DNA of 64,000 bases from Abditibacteriaceae bacterium (GTDB lineage Bacteria > Armatimonadota > Abditibacteriia > Abditibacteriales > Abditibacteriaceae): positions 1-64,000 of the forward strand of contig JANPJS010000267.1 in NCBI GenBank assembly GCA_031425655.1, given 5' to 3'. Positions 47,422 through 57,503 of the stretch are shown here, piece after piece. Both the position numbers and the translations under genes were made by a program. Numbering within the stretch: the first letter of the stretch is position 1; each line of letters begins with the position of its first letter. A model generated the notes under the pieces. That model did not search any database. It was not told the origin of the DNA and was given only the letters and a program-made list of their open reading frames with translations.

Positions 47422-49533
47422 TTACATCACCGGCGACAAACCTTCGTAGCGCACGTTCCAACTTGCGGGGAAGCCGGGCGCGCGGGTTTGCGGGCCGCCG
47501 TCCCAGCCGGCGCACATTCCGGCGATGGCGAAAAGCAGGGCGCCGTTGCCGGGCAAATAAGCCGGAAGGCCGGGCAGTTGAAAATTGTGGCCGTTGGGCA
47601 GAAAGCGATTGCGCTCGGTTTCGATCAGCAAGTAATCCACGGCTAATTCCGGCTCGCCGCTGCGTGCGGCGCACAATGCGGCCATCGGGTAATCCCAGCC
47701 CCAGCTTTTTTTGCCCCATTGCCACGTTTCAAACACCTTCTTCGCCGTGCGGCGCATGGTGGCCGCGTCCACGCCGTCGCCGGGCAAAACGCCCAATGCG
47801 CCCAGCAGCGCCGGATGCTCAAAGTTCCACTTTTCGTAAGTGTCGGGCAGGTTTTCCTGTTGCAAATACAAGCCGTCTTTTTGCGGCAGAGGCGCCAATT
47901 TGGTGAACACTTCGTCCCAGTGCGGCTCTCGCGGCAAGCCAAGTCTTTCGCGCCACGCTTGCGCCGTGCGAAGGCCAAAGCGCCAATACGATAGCTCGAA
48001 AGGCGCATTGATCGCGGTTTTCGCGTCGGTGTTTTCGGAGACGGTTTTCAGCGGCGGGCCGAGAACGTAATGGCCGTCTTTGAGAACCGCGTAACTCGCC
48101 ATCCATTCGGCGCTCTCGAAAACGATTTCGCGCCATTGTTCCAGTGTTTCGCGTGTCGGGCGGGCGCGATAAAGCAGCGCGGCGTAGTAAATCGGGTGCG
48201 GCTGCTGCCAGATTAAAAGCGGGCCAACCGGCGACGGCGAATCGCGGCCATCGGGGCCGGTCATTTTGGGCCAGCGTGCGCCTTTGTAACCTTGCTGCGC
48301 CGCCAATTTGCGCGCTTCAGGCAGAATATCGCCGTAATAATGCAGGCTTTTTTCGAGCAGAGGCAAGCGATTCCAATAGGCGAAGTGCGCGGCGTGCCAC
48401 CAGTGCATTTCGAGATGAAATTTGCCGTGCCAACTATTGAAAAGCAGTCCGGTTTCCTGTGGCGGCAGCGAACCGGCGCAGTGAATCGCGGTCAGGAATT
48501 GCGAAAGCACGATGCGCCGTTCGAGTTCTTTGGCGCGTGGGTCAGTGGCGCCGCTTAAATCCACCGCGCCGCCGCTTTGCCAGAAGTTTTGCCAGTGCGC
48601 GCGGCTCGCTTCCTGCGTCGTGGCGAAATTGGGCAGGGCTTCTTTCGTTTCTTCTTTTGTGAACAGGCAGACGAATTCCAGCGCGTCGTCTTCGCTTTGC
48701 AGAACGAAGGTATGCGGCGCGCTTTGCTTGAGTGCGCCGCTCGTCCACGCGCATCGCGCGAGATAACTTGTGCCATCCATCAAGCGCACGAAATCGGCGC
48801 GATGTGCTTCGCGCACGCGCAAAACGGTTTGATGCTGTTTTGCGGCGTTCCAATCGGCCATGCTTTGCGCCGCCGAACCGTAAGGAAAAGCGATTTTGAG
48901 TTTTAGCTTGCCCGTTCGCAAAAGCGGCGATTCGACACGCACAGCCAGTAAATCGAGTTGCGGATGACAAACTGTCTGCACGCGCACCGGCTCGCCGTCG
49001 AAGGTGAAACGGCTATCGAGTTCGCCGCTCCATAAATCGAGATTTTGCGCGCTGTTTTGTATGTCCTGCGGCTTTGCCGGCGTGCCGTCGGCGTGCGTTA
49101 GTTCCAAACCAACGCGGCCCAAATGAAAGCGATGCGGGTTGGCGCGCAGCCAGTTATAAAGCGGCTCTTGTCCTTTGGAACTCGTCGGGTAAGGCACGGC
49201 ACGGCCATAAGTGTCCCAGTTTTCATAGCGAAAATCGGCGACTTTCACATTCGGCGGCAGAGGCGACGAATGCCACGCCCACTGCGCCGTCGTGCCCAGA
49301 GGAAACTGCTTTTCGTAGAGTTCGGGAAAGGTTTGCAAACCCGTCGCGTCAGCAGTGAAAGCGAATTCGCCGTTGCCCACCGAAAGCGCTGAATACGGGT
49401 CGAAATTCGTGACGTGCGGATTGTGGCGCGTGACAAGAGCGTGTCGGTCTATCGGTGGCTGCATGAGATTGGGCGCCGCGTGCGCCGTGAGAAGCGACAC
49501 GGCAAGAAGAGCGAGGCATAAGAAGCGTGTCAT
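47422..49533 (-). CDS. Secreted six-hairpin glycosidase-like protein (GH65/GH95-like fold, family uncertain)
   Basis: Signal peptide; LSVGNGEF, WHGKFHLEM, GARWPK, YLPGNG. Confidence 0.75.
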   Translation of the reverse strand: MTRFLCLALLAVSLLTAHAAPNLMQPPIDRHALVTRHNPHVTNFDPYSALSVGNGEFAFTADATGLQTFPELYEKQFPLGTTAQWAWHSSPLPPNVKVADFRYENWDTYGRAVPYPTSSKGQEPLYNWLRANPHRFHLGRVGLELTHADGTPAKPQDIQNSAQNLDLWSGELDSRFTFDGEPVRVQTVCHPQLDLLAVRVESPLLRTGKLKLKIAFPYGSAAQSMADWNAAKQHQTVLRVREAHRADFVRLMDGTSYLARCAWTSGALKQSAPHTFVLQSEDDALEFVCLFTKEETKEALPNFATTQEASRAHWQNFWQSGGAVDLSGATDPRAKELERRIVLSQFLTAIHCAGSLPPQETGLLFNSWHGKFHLEMHWWHAAHFAYWNRLPLLEKSLHYYGDILPEARKLAAQQGYKGARWPKMTGPDGRDSPSPVGPLLIWQQPHPIYYAALLYRARPTRETLEQWREIVFESAEWMASYAVLKDGHYVLGPPLKTVSENTDAKTAINAPFELSYWRFGLRTAQAWRERLGLPREPHWDEVFTKLAPLPQKDGLYLQQENLPDTYEKWNFEHPALLGALGVLPGDGVDAATMRRTAKKVFETWQWGKKSWGWDYPMAALCAARSGEPELAVDYLLIETERNRFLPNGHNFQLPGLPAYLPGNGALLFAIAGMCAGWDGGPQTRAPGFPASWNVRYEGLSPVM
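49333..49459 (-). repeat. 5' segment of the glycosidase gene, duplicated at 61880-62006
   Basis: 127-bp direct repeat, mostly synonymous differences. Confidence 0.95.
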
Positions 49534-50093
49534 AGAATTAGAGGCTATTTCAAAATCGAGCAAGAATGACTTTGCCTCGCTGCAGGCGCTTGCGGATTCA
49601 TAATTCCGACTTTTGAAACTGAGTCAAATCTGAATTTTCTCGCTTGAATAGGTTTGCAGCGGGATGCTGTCATCGGGGTTGTGATAATCCTTGTCGGGGC
49701 GGTAAAATAAACAGAGGCGCTGCGATAAGCGCCGTTTTGGCAGTGTCGTTTGAATCTGCCAATTTGTTTGACTGAAAATAAAACAACGGTTCGGACACAT
49801 TTTAGCTTAAAGCTAAGTTTCTGAAGACCTTTTGCAGCAGAATTGTTTTCACTCCCCTATATTCCTTCGATTAGAAGGAAATGACCCTTTGGGAAGTTGT
49901 CCCTTCATGGTAGAACTCCTGGCCATCTTTTTCAACTTGCGTCAGCAGTCCAGACTAAAAAGTATCCTTACCACAGATAAAAGCATCCGCAGAGTCAATC
50001 ATGAGGAGTAGGAACCTGCGGAGTGGATATCCCGTTTACAAGTTTTTTCATTTGCTGGCTCACACTCATCTCACACCAAACCTTTACCTCATT

Positions 50094-53000
50094 ATGCGAC
50101 AACTTCGGATTCGTCTGCCCTTGATGACTCATTTAGTCATGCTCAGTCTCACGGCAACTGTTGCCCTGAGCCAGACCAGCAGTGCGCCCGTTGCCGGAGG
50201 ATCAGCGACTGCTCCCGGCACAACGACACCTGGGAGCGCGCCAACGGCACCGGTCGGAGCGGTGCCTCCTTCGACAGCTCCGGCTGCGACAGCTCCGGCT
50301 GCGACAACTCCAAATTCCACAGCCCCGCCGCTTCCGGCGCCGGCTACGGTGCCTTCAACGTCAGGCGCGACTGCTGGAAACGCTCCGGATACTGTGCCCG
50401 TGGTTCCCGAAGTCAAACCCGCTCCGGTGCCGGCTGCTCCAGAGTTGAAGCTATTCGGGCGGGAGCTGTTTTCGGCAGCTTTGTCGTCCTCTGATAATGC
50501 CGATGCGCCGGTGCCGCCTAATTACGTATTAGGGTCTGGCGATACCTTATCGGTTTTGCTTTGGTCTGGGAACACGGAATTTGAAAGAGCCAACGTAACA
50601 ATTAGTCCTAACGGTGCGATTTATCTCAAGCTTTTGGGGAGTATTCCTTTATCTGAAAAGAGCCTGTCTCAGGTTCAGGAAGAATTGAGGCGCCGTTACA
50701 GCAAATTTTATAAGCAATTCAAACTGACGGTAGAAGTTGTCGGGCGTCGCAGTATTCCGATCTTCGTTGTCGGTGAAGTGGCTAAGCCGGGCAAATATCT
50801 GCTTTCGAGTTTGTCCACTGTGTTTAGCGCGCTCTACGCCGCCGGAGGGCCAACCCAAAATGGTTCACTGCGCCGCATTCGCTTAATGCGACAACAGCGG
50901 CTTTTAGGCGAAATTGACGTGTATGCCTATTTAATTAATGGCCGAGCTGTTGATTTACCACTCAAACCCGGCGATACGGTTTTCGTTCCCATTGCAGGCA
51001 AGGTCGTTTCGGTGTTTGGTGAAGTTCGCCGTCCGGCCAAATATGAGTTGACCGATAAAGACACTTTAGGAAGGGCCATCACCTTAGCGGGTGGAGTAAC
51101 TTCCCAGAGCACCGAGCGCGTGCGGTTGGCCAGAGTGGAGGCAGTGTCCCGCCAACGCAAGATCACCGAACTCGTCTTGTCCTTAACTGCGGCTCTGCCT
51201 CTTCAAGACGGTGACGAAATTTTCGCCATTCCCGTATTGCCTTTTACGCGCAATGCCGTCCAGTTGATCGGAGCCGTAAATCGCCCCGGTGAATACTCGG
51301 TTGAGCAGGCTGCGACCGTATCCGCTTTGTTACGGCAGGCAGATGGCCTGACTCCTGAGGCTTATGCCGAGCAGGCCATGATCACGCGCCTCAGCGAAGG
51401 CCTGACGCGCAGCCAGATTACGGTGAACTTACGAGCCATTATGGCTGGTCAGGCCGGGACAGATGTAAAACTTGAGCCTGGCGACATATTACGGGTCTAC
51501 AACCGATCTGAGTTAACGGAATTGCTCGATACTGTGGCGGTTAACGGCCAGGTAATCAAGCCGGGAACCTATCCCTACGAGCCGGAGATGCGGGTCAAGG
51601 ATCTCTTGCAGCGCGCTTTTGGCCCCACGACCAAAGCGTATTTGGCTCAGGCGCAGATTTTCAGGTTCAGAATTGGTGAGCAACCTCAAGTTATTACGAT
51701 TGACCTGGAAAAGGCGATGGCGGGAGACCCGCTCAATAATGCTTTGCTGCGTCCACGCGATCAATTGCGGATTTATGATCGCTTCGAATTACCGGAATTG
51801 CTCGATAGTGTGATAGTCAGCGGCGAAGTGACCAAACCCGGTAGCTACCCCTTTCAGACGGAGATGCGAGTAGCCGACTTAATACGCACAGCTTTAGGCC
51901 CGACCACGAAAGCCTATTTAACTCAGGCTCAAATCTACCGTTATCGTGCCGGCGCCGAGCCTGAAATGGTGACTGTTAACCTCGCCAAAGCTTTGGCGGG
52001 CGATGCTCAGGACAATGTGGTTCTCCGACCGCGCGACCGCTTGGTCGTCAGTTCACGCGATACTGTGCAAGATCAAATTGTGCGTGTCCAGGGCGAAGTT
52101 AATGAACCCCGTGCCTTTCCCTTTTTTCAGGGAATGAAGGCCTCGGACGCTATTTTTGCAGCGGGCGGCTTGAAACCGGATGTCGCTCTCGACAATGCCT
52201 TGTTGGTGCGCTTGAATCCTAACACTTTTGCGGAAGAGTTAATTGACTTGTCGTTGCGGGATGTGCTGGCGCGTATTCCCGGTAAAGACATCGCCCTACA
52301 GAACCAGGACCGGTTGATTGTTTATCCAAGTTCTCAGTTGGGTGACAGGCGGCAAGTGAAGATTGAGGGTGCTGTCGCGGCACCGGCTACCTATGCTTAT
52401 TTTGGGGATATGCGCGTGAGTCATCTTCTCTTTTTGGCCAAGAACCTGAATGTTGATGCTTACACGCCCCGTGCTGATCTTTATCGCCAGCGTGCGGATA
52501 ACACCACTGAAATTATTGCCGTAAATTTAGAAAAGGCCATGACTGGCGTGGCATCGACAGATAATCCTTTGCTTCAACCACAGGATCGTCTGGTAGTTTC
52601 GACACGTGAGCAGATGCAGGAGCTTTCCACGGTCAAGATTGATGGCTATGTTCGCAAGCCGGGGCCATACTTTCTGACCACCGGCATGAAGCTATCCGAT
52701 TTGCTGCATTTGGCGGGCGGTCTCAAACCTGATGCTCGGCCTAAGCTTGATATTCATCGTGTCGAAAATGGCACTGTGCGCACCGAGACTATTCCTGTAA
52801 AGTTTCAGGATAACATCGCGGTTCCAGAAAGGGATTTCGTTTTAGCGCCGCGCGATCTGGTCAGTGTTCAAGGGAATGCCGATTTTATTAACGTGACGGA
52901 AACCGTCACGATAGAAGGCTTAGTGCTGCATCCCGGTGCTTATCCGGCTTACAACGGGACGCGGCGTCACCCGAAGACATTGTTTCAGGCGCTTACGGAG

Positions 53001-53774
53001 GCGGGCGGCCTACTGCCTGAAGCGTATCCGACCGGTATCGTTTTGTATCGCGACCAAGCCGCGATTCATAACAATCGGCAGCAAGGAGAGCTTAACCGGA
53101 CTCTGAATTATCTGGATACTTCTGCTGGATTGGACACTGGTGGAACTGCTACCTCATCTGCAAACAACGGTGCAGGAGGTGCGCCTACGCCAGGAGAAAT
53201 TCCGACTCAGGCCAGCGCAACTCCAGTTGACCAGGCCAAAGCTCAAAACATCGCCAACATCTCCCGCTCATTGGCGCAGGTTATCAGCACGAACGATGGC
53301 GATACCTTATCAATGGTGGTTCCGCCTCGGAGTATGCAGCAGCAGAAATTTAGTCTCACCTTGCCTGTTGATGCGAAACCTGTAATTGATTCGAGAGGCA
53401 AAACGGGCGACATTGTGCTTCAACCAGGTGATGTTTTATATGTCCCAGAGCGTCCCACAACTGTTACGGTGCTCGGAGGTGTCATCAACAACGGCTCTGT
53501 AGTTTTCGAGGGAAACAAGAGCGTGCCTCACTATCTTGGTTTGGTCGGCGGCGTTTCTCCCGATGGCGAAGCCAAGCGCATCGTTGTCATGCGGTTAAAT
53601 GGACGAGTCGTGCCCGTGAAGCAGGTCAAGACGATTGAGCCTGGTGATATTATCATCGTGCCGACGAAGTTCATGATTACTAACATTCACACCAAAGGTG
53701 GATTGCAAAGAGCCTTCCAATCGATATCTGAGGCGGCACTCTCCGTTTTCTCGTTATCGAAACTGGTTAAATAG
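50094..53774 (+). CDS. Polysaccharide export protein (Wza/KpsD-like) with many SLBB repeats
   Basis: LFGRELF, PPNYVLGSGD, repeated GEV..PG.Y / AGG / L.PGD modules; start codon uncertain (50001-50139). Confidence 0.9.
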   Translation: MRQLRIRLPLMTHLVMLSLTATVALSQTSSAPVAGGSATAPGTTTPGSAPTAPVGAVPPSTAPAATAPAATTPNSTAPPLPAPATVPSTSGATAGNAPDTVPVVPEVKPAPVPAAPELKLFGRELFSAALSSSDNADAPVPPNYVLGSGDTLSVLLWSGNTEFERANVTISPNGAIYLKLLGSIPLSEKSLSQVQEELRRRYSKFYKQFKLTVEVVGRRSIPIFVVGEVAKPGKYLLSSLSTVFSALYAAGGPTQNGSLRRIRLMRQQRLLGEIDVYAYLINGRAVDLPLKPGDTVFVPIAGKVVSVFGEVRRPAKYELTDKDTLGRAITLAGGVTSQSTERVRLARVEAVSRQRKITELVLSLTAALPLQDGDEIFAIPVLPFTRNAVQLIGAVNRPGEYSVEQAATVSALLRQADGLTPEAYAEQAMITRLSEGLTRSQITVNLRAIMAGQAGTDVKLEPGDILRVYNRSELTELLDTVAVNGQVIKPGTYPYEPEMRVKDLLQRAFGPTTKAYLAQAQIFRFRIGEQPQVITIDLEKAMAGDPLNNALLRPRDQLRIYDRFELPELLDSVIVSGEVTKPGSYPFQTEMRVADLIRTALGPTTKAYLTQAQIYRYRAGAEPEMVTVNLAKALAGDAQDNVVLRPRDRLVVSSRDTVQDQIVRVQGEVNEPRAFPFFQGMKASDAIFAAGGLKPDVALDNALLVRLNPNTFAEELIDLSLRDVLARIPGKDIALQNQDRLIVYPSSQLGDRRQVKIEGAVAAPATYAYFGDMRVSHLLFLAKNLNVDAYTPRADLYRQRADNTTEIIAVNLEKAMTGVASTDNPLLQPQDRLVVSTREQMQELSTVKIDGYVRKPGPYFLTTGMKLSDLLHLAGGLKPDARPKLDIHRVENGTVRTETIPVKFQDNIAVPERDFVLAPRDLVSVQGNADFINVTETVTIEGLVLHPGAYPAYNGTRRHPKTLFQALTEAGGLLPEAYPTGIVLYRDQAAIHNNRQQGELNRTLNYLDTSAGLDTGGTATSSANNGAGGAPTPGEIPTQASATPVDQAKAQNIANISRSLAQVISTNDGDTLSMVVPPRSMQQQKFSLTLPVDAKPVIDSRGKTGDIVLQPGDVLYVPERPTTVTVLGGVINNGSVVFEGNKSVPHYLGLVGGVSPDGEAKRIVVMRLNGRVVPVKQVKTIEPGDIIIVPTKFMITNIHTKGGLQRAFQSISEAALSVFSLSKLVK

Positions 53775-53810
53775 GGTTCTGAACATCTGTCATAGGCAGA
53801 TCGGCTTCAC

Positions 53811-55304
53811 ATGAAGAATTTGAAGATGAGCAAATCAGCGCAGCTTGCAGTGCCTGATCCTCCACAGCGCCCACAGTTTTTCCGCATTGCGCGCCGGTAT
53901 CTCTGGATTTTGGCCTGCGGTGCATTGCTGGGTGGAGGTCTTGGTGCTGCCTATGCGCTGACTCGCCCGGCAACATATACCTGTCAATCCACCCTGCTCT
54001 TTCCTTCCGCAGCCCCCGTCTCAGGTCTGGCTGCGCTCACGGGGGGAGGAAGCACCGGAGATCCCAGCCTTCCATTGCTACAGGGCGCTCTAACAGCGCC
54101 GCAGGTAGGCTCTAACGCCGGGACGGCGACCTTAATGGTGCAAAGCCGCCGTCTGAAGAAGCAGATAATCCAGCGACTTAAGTTAGGGGAGCAGTGGGAG
54201 TTAGATAATTACAGTGATGTGACGGAACGCTTCGAGCGCAATCTCAAATGCATCACCGGCAAAACGGGTGAGTTGAGTATTGGATTTAAAGACCCGTCAC
54301 GGGATTTGTCTTATCAGATTACTGTTGAAGTCGTCAAAGAGTTAAAACGCCTTACTTTAGACCTGCGTTTGGATCCTGCCGCTGACAATGTCAGGTTTTT
54401 AGAAAAAAAAGTCAATGAGTCCCAGCGGAAACTGGCTGTTGCTCAACGCGGGTTTGCCAATTATCAGCAGAAATACCGGCTGTTGGACTTAACGTCACAG
54501 GCTACAAATTTGGCACAGCGGTATGCCGACCTGCAGCGGGATGCCGCGGCTGCCCGGATGGAGGCAGACATCGCCACGCGCCAGGTTGCTCTGTTGTCCA
54601 GTAGTGCCAGGCAAATGGTTTCGTCAGCCATAGACCCAAACCCGACAACCGGGAATACGTTGAGTCCTCTTTATCAACGAGTCAAAGAAGCGGAATCGCA
54701 ATTAGCTTTGTTAAAGTATCAGCTCACCGACGACCACCCACAAGTTCAAGAGCAAAAACGTGTCTTAAGCCAAGCGCGACGACTCTTACAGACTGAGACC
54801 AGCCGGCAACTCTCCGCCGTGGGCACGGGGGCTGCACCTGGAATGAACAGTGCTGTATTACAGGCAGCCGGAAGTAAGGCGCGGGCGGCAGGTTTACAGC
54901 AGGCAGCCGCCAATTTGGCGAATGAAATTGACAAACTTCCCAAGCAGGCAGCGGGGTTCATGGAGTTGCAAGCCGCAGTCCAAGCGAACGTGCAGGCACT
55001 CACCTTGTATCAACAAGAACTTGAAAAAGCTCGAATTCTAACCCAGTCACGCGGGCCAGCCGTCATGGAATTAGATCCGCCGGAGCTGCCTATTAAACCT
55101 GACAAGGTTTCGCGTGTAGCGATTGCCTTGTTTGGTCTTCTCATCGGCTTGGGATTCGCGGCGATTTTTCCTTATGGAGAATGGCAAAGGCGCAACGATC
55201 TCTACGAGGATAGTCGTTACGCCTTTGAAGAGACTCGTCTCGCAAGGCATAGCACCGACTATAGCGCATCTCAAGGCGATGACGGTCAAATTGAAGTTCG
55301 TTGA
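53811..55304 (+). CDS. Polysaccharide co-polymerase (GumC/Wzz-like, no kinase domain)
   Basis: Two TM segments flanking a coiled coil; TDDHPQV; LDPPELP. Confidence 0.85.
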   Translation: MKNLKMSKSAQLAVPDPPQRPQFFRIARRYLWILACGALLGGGLGAAYALTRPATYTCQSTLLFPSAAPVSGLAALTGGGSTGDPSLPLLQGALTAPQVGSNAGTATLMVQSRRLKKQIIQRLKLGEQWELDNYSDVTERFERNLKCITGKTGELSIGFKDPSRDLSYQITVEVVKELKRLTLDLRLDPAADNVRFLEKKVNESQRKLAVAQRGFANYQQKYRLLDLTSQATNLAQRYADLQRDAAAARMEADIATRQVALLSSSARQMVSSAIDPNPTTGNTLSPLYQRVKEAESQLALLKYQLTDDHPQVQEQKRVLSQARRLLQTETSRQLSAVGTGAAPGMNSAVLQAAGSKARAAGLQQAAANLANEIDKLPKQAAGFMELQAAVQANVQALTLYQQELEKARILTQSRGPAVMELDPPELPIKPDKVSRVAIALFGLLIGLGFAAIFPYGEWQRRNDLYEDSRYAFEETRLARHSTDYSASQGDDGQIEVR

Positions 55305-55372
55305 GCAGCCAAGTCACAAAGTCTGTCGCCAATTATCAATATACATCGCATCGCCAGAACAGTGAAAAATAA

Positions 55373-56725
55373 TTGTTTATGGGTGGATTAGCAGGCAAAG
55401 TTGAGCAGGCAGAACATTTACAGCCGACTTTGCGAGTTTCAAATATAGGGCGGAGTTTAGCCCAGGGCGGTTTATCGGCCCTGATTATGCGCGTCGGCGG
55501 CATGGGCCTGTTATTTGTGCTGCAAATAGTGCTGACGCGCTCGTTGGGTTTGAATAATTACGGGGAATTCGCCTATGCACTGTCATGGGCCAATATTCTG
55601 GCTTTTGTCGCCACACTGGGGATGGATCGCGCTGCGCTGCGCTATGTGGCACAATATCGCACTACGAGCGAGCATTCGCTCCTGCGAGGATTTTTGCGGC
55701 GTGCGGCGCAGGTGAGCGGTGCCGGTTCGGTTGTCCTTAGTTTAGGCATGGCCGGGGCGGTTTTGATTTTTCGCAGCCACTTCTCGGAAAGTCAATTCTT
55801 TAGCTTGTTGACGGCTTCACTCATCATTCCAATTATCGCTCAATCGGCAATTTGTGATGCCGCACTCCTGGCCATGGAACGCGTTAGCCAGGGTTTGACG
55901 AGCAGCATTTTGCGTCCGGCTGTGGTGATCGTTTTAATATTAGGCGCCACACACTTTTGGGGTGCGAGTAGGGAAGCTGCACCGGCTTTGCTATGTTACT
56001 TGGTTGGCAGTGTGGCGTGTTGGCTTATCGGGCTTTTTTTCATTAGAAAGTGGCTGAGCGAAAAAGAGATCGCGCCGTCGCATAATTATCAAACCCGCCA
56101 TTGGGTTACCGTTGCCGTGCCGCTTATGCTCGTGGTGCTACTCAATTTCATGCAGAATCAAAGTGGCGTCATTTTAAGCGGGACTTTTTTAGGAGCTGAG
56201 CAAGCTGGTTTATTTTCCGCCGCCTCGCGGATTTCCGAAGCAGTGCTCTTTGGTTTTCATTCCATTAATGCCGTAGCCGCACCGACTTTCGCAGCGATGT
56301 ATGCCAAGGGAGATCAAAGCGAATTGCGCCGCTTCGTGTGGTTATGCGCCTGGGGCAGCACACTGGTGACCACCTTAGCTGTTGTGCCGCTGTTGATTTT
56401 TGGCCGCCCCCTGATGAAGCTTTTCGGGCCGGAATTTGTAGCAGCCTACCCTACACTATTGGTTTTGCTGCTGAATCCAGTGATTATGTCGGTAGCAGGT
56501 TCGGTTAATTACCTATTGAACATGACCGGGCATCAGGATTTGTGTTTGAAAGTTTTCGCAGTTACCACGGTGATTTATCTTTTGTTATGCTTTTTCCTCA
56601 TTCCCCTGTGGGGCAATGTGGGGATTGCAATTAGCAACGTGCTGACTACGGCAGCGTGGAACGGAGTGCTGCTATATTATGTGCGTCAGCGGTTAGGTAT
56701 ACGGAGCTACATTGGCAAGATGTAG
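55373..56725 (+). CDS. Wzx-type flippase
   Basis: Polytopic; RSLGLNNYGEF, LFGPEF, LNMTGHQ, LIPLWG. Confidence 0.88.
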   Translation: MFMGGLAGKVEQAEHLQPTLRVSNIGRSLAQGGLSALIMRVGGMGLLFVLQIVLTRSLGLNNYGEFAYALSWANILAFVATLGMDRAALRYVAQYRTTSEHSLLRGFLRRAAQVSGAGSVVLSLGMAGAVLIFRSHFSESQFFSLLTASLIIPIIAQSAICDAALLAMERVSQGLTSSILRPAVVIVLILGATHFWGASREAAPALLCYLVGSVACWLIGLFFIRKWLSEKEIAPSHNYQTRHWVTVAVPLMLVVLLNFMQNQSGVILSGTFLGAEQAGLFSAASRISEAVLFGFHSINAVAAPTFAAMYAKGDQSELRRFVWLCAWGSTLVTTLAVVPLLIFGRPLMKLFGPEFVAAYPTLLVLLLNPVIMSVAGSVNYLLNMTGHQDLCLKVFAVTTVIYLLLCFFLIPLWGNVGIAISNVLTTAAWNGVLLYYVRQRLGIRSYIGKM

Positions 56726-56745
56726 AGCAATAGGAACATCTGAGA

Positions 56746-57474
56746 ATGATCAGTCAATTAAAAATGATGGTGGCGCGCACGCCACTGATTGGAACTGCAG
56801 CGCGTGCGGTCTGGGCACTGTGGAAGCGAGTGACGGTGCCGTTCGATAATTCGGGTGGTTACTGGGAATCCCGTTATCAACAAGGCCTGAATTCAGGCGG
56901 CGGTTCCTACGGGAGACTGGCCGATTTCAAAGCTGAAGTGCTTAACGATTTTGTGACGCGAAATAACATAGGCTCGGTGCTCGAATTGGGTTGCGGTGAT
57001 GGCAATCAACTGATTTTGGCACGCTATCCGAAATACATCGGATTGGATGTGGCTTCAAGCGCCATCGAATTGTGTCGCAAAAAGTTTGCAAGCGATGACA
57101 CCAAAACTTTTGCGGTTTGCAATCCGGCGGAACTGAAGGATGAAAAACTGCCTTTTAGCGCCGATATGACGATGTCGTTGGATGTTGTTTATCACTTGGT
57201 GGAAGACGAAGTGTTTGAGCCGTATATGCGCTTGTTGTTCGATGCCGCTGAGAGATATGTCGTCGTTTATTCGTCAAACAAAAACGAGAAAAGTGCTTGG
57301 ACTCATGTGCGGCATCGTAAATTCACCGATTGGGTCGAGGCGCATTGCCCACAATGGACAATGATTAAATTTATTCCAAATCGCTATCCCCTTAAATCGG
57401 GGCAGGAAAATGAAACTTCATTCGCCGATTTCTACATTTTTGAGAAAACAGCAGTTGCCAGAACGGAAAGTTAA
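56746..57474 (+). CDS. Class I SAM-dependent methyltransferase
   Basis: YWESRY..G.NSGGGS, ELGCGDG, SLDVVYHL. Confidence 0.88.
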   Translation: MISQLKMMVARTPLIGTAARAVWALWKRVTVPFDNSGGYWESRYQQGLNSGGGSYGRLADFKAEVLNDFVTRNNIGSVLELGCGDGNQLILARYPKYIGLDVASSAIELCRKKFASDDTKTFAVCNPAELKDEKLPFSADMTMSLDVVYHLVEDEVFEPYMRLLFDAAERYVVVYSSNKNEKSAWTHVRHRKFTDWVEAHCPQWTMIKFIPNRYPLKSGQENETSFADFYIFEKTAVARTES

Positions 57475-57503
57475 AGGCCGGAAAGCACAATCGTTACCGC
57501 GGT

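Noticed and set aside
49538..49628. Degenerate MITE upstream of the glycosidase
   Set aside because: Putative ends match only over TTTCAAAA/TTTTGAAA; too weak to call as a feature.
49630..50000. ncRNA or riboswitch in the long intergenic region
   Set aside because: No recognisable conserved structure or motif; most likely divergent promoters.
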